From a virus (lineage: Duplodnaviria > Caudoviricetes): a stretch of DNA of 37,948 nucleotides. Each line of letters opens with the position of its first letter. The first letter of the stretch is position 1. The stretch is taken from the IMG/VR virus record IMGVR_UViG_3300022177_000005, positions 1 through 37,948 of that record; one strand, written 5' to 3'. The notes under the pieces are model-generated. The model was not told where the DNA came from. It searched no databases and was given only the letters and a program-made list of their open reading frames with translations. Position numbers and translations under genes: made by a program. Positions 35,030 to 37,948 of this stretch are shown in pieces.

Positions 35030-35872
35030 GTGAAGTTAAAACTTATTGTGTTGATGTCACTGTTGGTAGCCTTTTTTTATCCTTCCATTGGATTTGCAAC
35101 GGTTTATTACACTGGTCCGCAAACCTTTTATGTAAGGCCGGATCCTTATTATCAAACAGGCCAAGCGATAGGCAATCTCCTTTCTGCAATGATTGAGTCC
35201 TCACGCCAAAAAGCCCAGGCAGAACAAGAAGCGAAACGCCAGCAAGAATTGCAAAATCTCATAACTAATATACGGTATCAAATGCAGCAAGCAGCAAAGA
35301 GAGAGGCTGATTTCGTTGCAAGATGTGTGGGAGAGTATGGAATTACTCCTTCCATAAAAGCAATCATGTTAGCGATCATTGATCAAGGCTCGTACGCTGA
35401 AGCATCCTCGAACAATGGAACAGAATATCTATATTGGGAAAATGTAATTCCAGGAGCCCCTAAAATTGAATATCGATACGCTTTAGACAGGGAATATCAA
35501 CAATGTCGTGTTTCCGTTTCAATTCCGGATTTAGGTCTTGAGGAGCGTCAATCCTCGATTTTTACGGAACCTCAGCCCCAGAACAACGCTAAGACTGTAT
35601 CCGAATTTTTGGGCCTTTCCACTTCTCCTCAGATAGTCGGGAAAAACGGGCATTACGGTCTTACTGTCACGAATGTCGTGAATGGGGGTATTGCCGAATC
35701 TGCAGGCATACTGCCAGGAGATATGATAACCCAGATAGATTCATACCCGCTTAAGGACCGCAGTATTGAACAGGTTATTTCGTATATCACAAACAGGGCG
35801 TCGCAAAAATCAAGAGTCAGTATAAAAGTAGTTCGTGCCGGAAAAGTCAGCTACGCAAATATCCAGTTTTGA
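35030..35872 (+). CDS. Exported PDZ-domain protein (lysogenic cargo)
   Basis: Signal peptide MKLKLIVLMSLLVAFFYPSIGFA; C-terminal FLGL...VTNVVNGGIAESAGILPGDMITQID...VVRAG; low GC. Confidence 0.85.
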   Translation: MKLKLIVLMSLLVAFFYPSIGFATVYYTGPQTFYVRPDPYYQTGQAIGNLLSAMIESSRQKAQAEQEAKRQQELQNLITNIRYQMQQAAKREADFVARCVGEYGITPSIKAIMLAIIDQGSYAEASSNNGTEYLYWENVIPGAPKIEYRYALDREYQQCRVSVSIPDLGLEERQSSIFTEPQPQNNAKTVSEFLGLSTSPQIVGKNGHYGLTVTNVVNGGIAESAGILPGDMITQIDSYPLKDRSIEQVISYITNRASQKSRVSIKVVRAGKVSYANIQF

Positions 35873-35948
35873 TTATAATAACGCCTGGCCAGCGCCCAAA
35901 ACGCCTGCGGTAAAATAACCAGGAAAAAAGAAAGGGAGGGGTTGTGTC

Positions 35949-36224
35949 GTGGAGGAAAAAAAGCAGGAAGTCAGTTTGCTTGTCGGGGTTGAAGATGTGG
36001 GAATGTTTTCCGATAACGTTCTTTTTGAAGCCAAAGAGGACGTAGTCTGCATTAATTTTGTCCAATCCATCCCGAATCCGGGCGGAAACAGCGACAAATC
36101 AATGCCTCAGGCAAAACTGGTCTCAAGAATTTTCCTTACTATCCCTCATTTTATGAGGTTTGCCGGTGTGTGCGAAAAAATGGCAGCCCAAATTAAAGAA
36201 TCGGGAAGGGAACCTTCGAAATGA
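35949..36224 (+). CDS. DUF3467-like protein
   Basis: GMFSDNV......VCINFVQ..P.......AKLVSRIFLTIPH; RBS GGGAGGGG. Confidence 0.7.
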   Translation: MEEKKQEVSLLVGVEDVGMFSDNVLFEAKEDVVCINFVQSIPNPGGNSDKSMPQAKLVSRIFLTIPHFMRFAGVCEKMAAQIKESGREPSK

Positions 36225-36598
36225 TCGAGTGGTCTACGAAAGGCCCGGATGGAGTTGAGGTTGTGCTGAAAAAAACAACTCTTCATGACCACATCCTTGG
36301 AGCCCACTGCACAAAAGATCAAGAAGGAAGGCATATCGCCTGTCGATTTGCGAAGGGTATCGTTGAAAATCCGAGGTATATTACTGAAGACCAGTCATCT
36401 TCCGAAGGACAAATGCGCTTAAAATATTTTGATACAAAATACATTGAAGAAACAGGCAGAATCCGGTATATTGTAGTCGTAGCCGAGGCAAACCGTGATC
36501 CAAGAGAAGTGGTAACAGTTGAGATGCAGAGGTGTATGACTGATATTCTACCGAAGGAGGCGGTGCTTTATGATAGAGATTCGTCCGGCAGAAGTTAA
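36221..36598 (+). CDS. Putative RelE/BECR-fold nuclease toxin (DUF4258-like)
   Basis: HDHILGAH, IVENPRYI..D, LKYF, YIVVV...EVVT; ATGA-coupled to the upstream gene. Confidence 0.6.
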   Translation: MIEWSTKGPDGVEVVLKKTTLHDHILGAHCTKDQEGRHIACRFAKGIVENPRYITEDQSSSEGQMRLKYFDTKYIEETGRIRYIVVVAEANRDPREVVTVEMQRCMTDILPKEAVLYDRDSSGRS

Positions 36599-36836
36599 TT
36601 ACGATCGGGATCATGATGTCCTTCGCCTCCGGTTTCCCATATCGGAAAACACGATATCATTTTCAGATGAAACCTCTCCGGGGTTTTATATTAATCGCTC
36701 TGAGACAAACGATGCTATTACCAGCGTAATGGTATTCGACTACTCGAGACGAACTCTGAGAGAGCTTCGCCTTCTCCTCCCGCTGGTTGAGTGGAAGAAT
36801 ATAAAGAAGGATTTTCAAAAAAGCAGGCCCCGCTGA
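36570..36836 (+). CDS. DUF2283-like putative antitoxin
   Basis: NYDRDHDVLRLRF...SDETSPGFYI......ITSVMVFDYS; RBS AAGGAGG; overlaps the upstream gene by 29 nt. Confidence 0.7.
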   Translation: MIEIRPAEVNYDRDHDVLRLRFPISENTISFSDETSPGFYINRSETNDAITSVMVFDYSRRTLRELRLLLPLVEWKNIKKDFQKSRPR

Positions 36837-36853
36837 TTTCTCGGGGCCTTTTT
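36825..36853 (+). terminator. Rho-independent terminator between the cargo operon and the convergent integrase
   Basis: AGGCCCCG-9 nt-CGGGGCCT-TTTT; A run upstream, so possibly bidirectional. Confidence 0.75.
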
Positions 36854-36872
36854 CTTTCGCTATATCCCAATA

Positions 36873-36918
36873 AAAAGAATGACCATTTTGGTGACGTCAC
36901 CGAAATGGTCATTCTTTT
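36873..36918. repeat. 46-bp loopless near-perfect palindrome overlapping the integrase stop
   Basis: AAAAGAATGACCATTTTGGTGAC|GTCACCGAAATGGTCATTCTTTT, one mismatch. Confidence 0.9.
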
Positions 36919-37822
36919 ATCTTCTCCGACAGGTACTTCCCCCACCACTGCATCATCTCCCGCCTCTGGGGAAGATACTCCGCGTGATTGTAGGCTTTCC
37001 GCACCGCGTTCCGCTCCACGTGGGCAAGCTGCCGCTCGATCACGTCCACCGGCCATCCGTGCTCGTTCAGCGTCGTACTGGCCATCGCGCGAAACCCATG
37101 GGCGCACATATCATCGTTCGTGTACCCCATGCTCCTCAATGCGATCCTCACGCCGTTCTCAGACATCGGCCTGCCGTCGTTCCTGGGCGAAGGGAAGAGC
37201 CATTTCTGGCGGCCTGTGTGGGGCTTCAACTCCTCCAGCAGCCGGAGAGCCTCTTCGCATAAGGGCACGATGTGAGGCCGGCGCATCTTCATCTTCTCAG
37301 CCGGGATTCTCCACTCGCATTTCACCAGGTCAATTTCCCCCCACTCGGCATGACGGATCTCCCCGGGGCGGCAGAACGTCAGCGCGGAAAAAAAGAGCGC
37401 ACACCGCATCACCGGGTATGGATACGCCGCGATTCTGCGCATCAGCTCCCCGATCTCCCGGTCATCCGTGATGGCGGCCCGGTGTTTCCCGGGCGAAGGA
37501 GTCAGCGCCCCAGCCAGTGCGGCCGTCGGGTCACCGTCAGCGATCCCCGACGCGACCGCATAGCGGAAGATCTGTCCGATAAGCTGCTTCACCCGGCTCG
37601 CCGTCTCGTATGTCCCCCGCGTCCCGATCCTCCTGCACAGGTCCAGGATTCTCTTCGAGGAAACCTCCCCCACCGTCATCCCCTCGAACTCGGGAAGGAT
37701 CCAGCGGTCCAGCCTCAGCCGGATCACCCGCACATACGAAGGGGACAGTCGCGGCAAAACACGCACCCTCATCCAGTCTTCCGCGATATCCGAGAAAAGA
37801 ATGCCTTCCCTGTTCCGTATAT
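36909..37822 (-). pseudogene. int: P4-type tyrosine integrase separated from its N-terminal arm-binding domain by IS256
   Basis: RPGEIR, KMKMRRPHIVPL, HGFRAMAST, QLAH, AYNHA are intact; sequence upstream of 37822 is IS end rather than integrase N-terminus. Confidence 0.88.
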
Positions 37823-37948
37823 GAGTTATTGTCAAATCTGGTGTATGGGTCATCAGGCGGCGTTCCTGTCTGATTGGCCCGATACACGTATTCCGTCCTT
37901 GAAAATCACTCCCGTGATGACTTCTCCAAGAAGTTCATAGCCTTTGAG
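37823..37948 (-). mobile_element. Right end of an IS256-family element
   Basis: Terminal IR-like GAGTTATTGTCAAATCTGGTGTAT at 37823-37846, just after a transposase stop. Confidence 0.8.
37853..37948 (-). CDS. IS256-family transposase, C-terminal fragment
   Basis: LKGYELLGEVITGVIFKDGIRVSGQSDRNAA*, matching the GV.F.DG...AA ending of an IS256 subgroup. Confidence 0.8.
   Translation of the reverse strand, partial: LKGYELLGEVITGVIFKDGIRVSGQSDRNAA

Larger units (their letters stand above)
113..37822. mobile_element. Temperate podovirus-like prophage integrated at a tRNA gene; right att lies outside the window
   Basis: Ordered integration, immunity, replication, packaging, head, tail, lysis and ejection modules; no tape measure gene seen. 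Confidence 0.95.

Noticed and set aside
36873-36918. Protelomerase (telRL-type) target site
   Set aside because: No protelomerase gene; the recombinase is a P4-type integrase and the element is tRNA-integrated
37823-37853. MTHTPDLTIT as the native integrase N-terminus
   Set aside because: It is encoded by the IS terminal repeat region, and the protein lacks the ~90-aa arm-binding domain expected for this family

Overview
Almost the whole window is one integrated temperate prophage with podovirus-like gene content (ejection proteins, no tape measure). The left boundary is a tRNA 3'-end remnant (att, 113-135) followed by a host terminator and the start of a probable host Nif3-family gene. Right to left on the minus strand it carries a P4-type tyrosine integrase that has been interrupted by an IS256-family element. 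Next come a cro/cI switch, early genes, a Toprim primase-VirE helicase with an adjacent iteron origin, dUTPase and a RinA-like activator. These are followed by terminases, portal, scaffold, capsid, three adaptor paralogues, a nozzle and tail appendages, a lysis cassette, ejection proteins and a 2636-aa polyvalent protein. The best candidate for an undescribed system is the low-GC lysogen-expressed cassette downstream of cI: an exported PDZ protein, then a translationally coupled DUF3467-like / RelE-BECR-like / DUF2283-like trio. Other notable items are an apparently split nozzle gene with a beta-propeller inserted and an in-frame TGA, a 23-codon chimeric recombination scar that explains a duplicated adaptor, a nested sheath-like repeat protein, a shared N-terminal motif on two ejection proteins, an IS-supplied start for a truncated integrase and a 46-bp palindrome. 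All family assignments come from motif recognition by eye; no database search was run.
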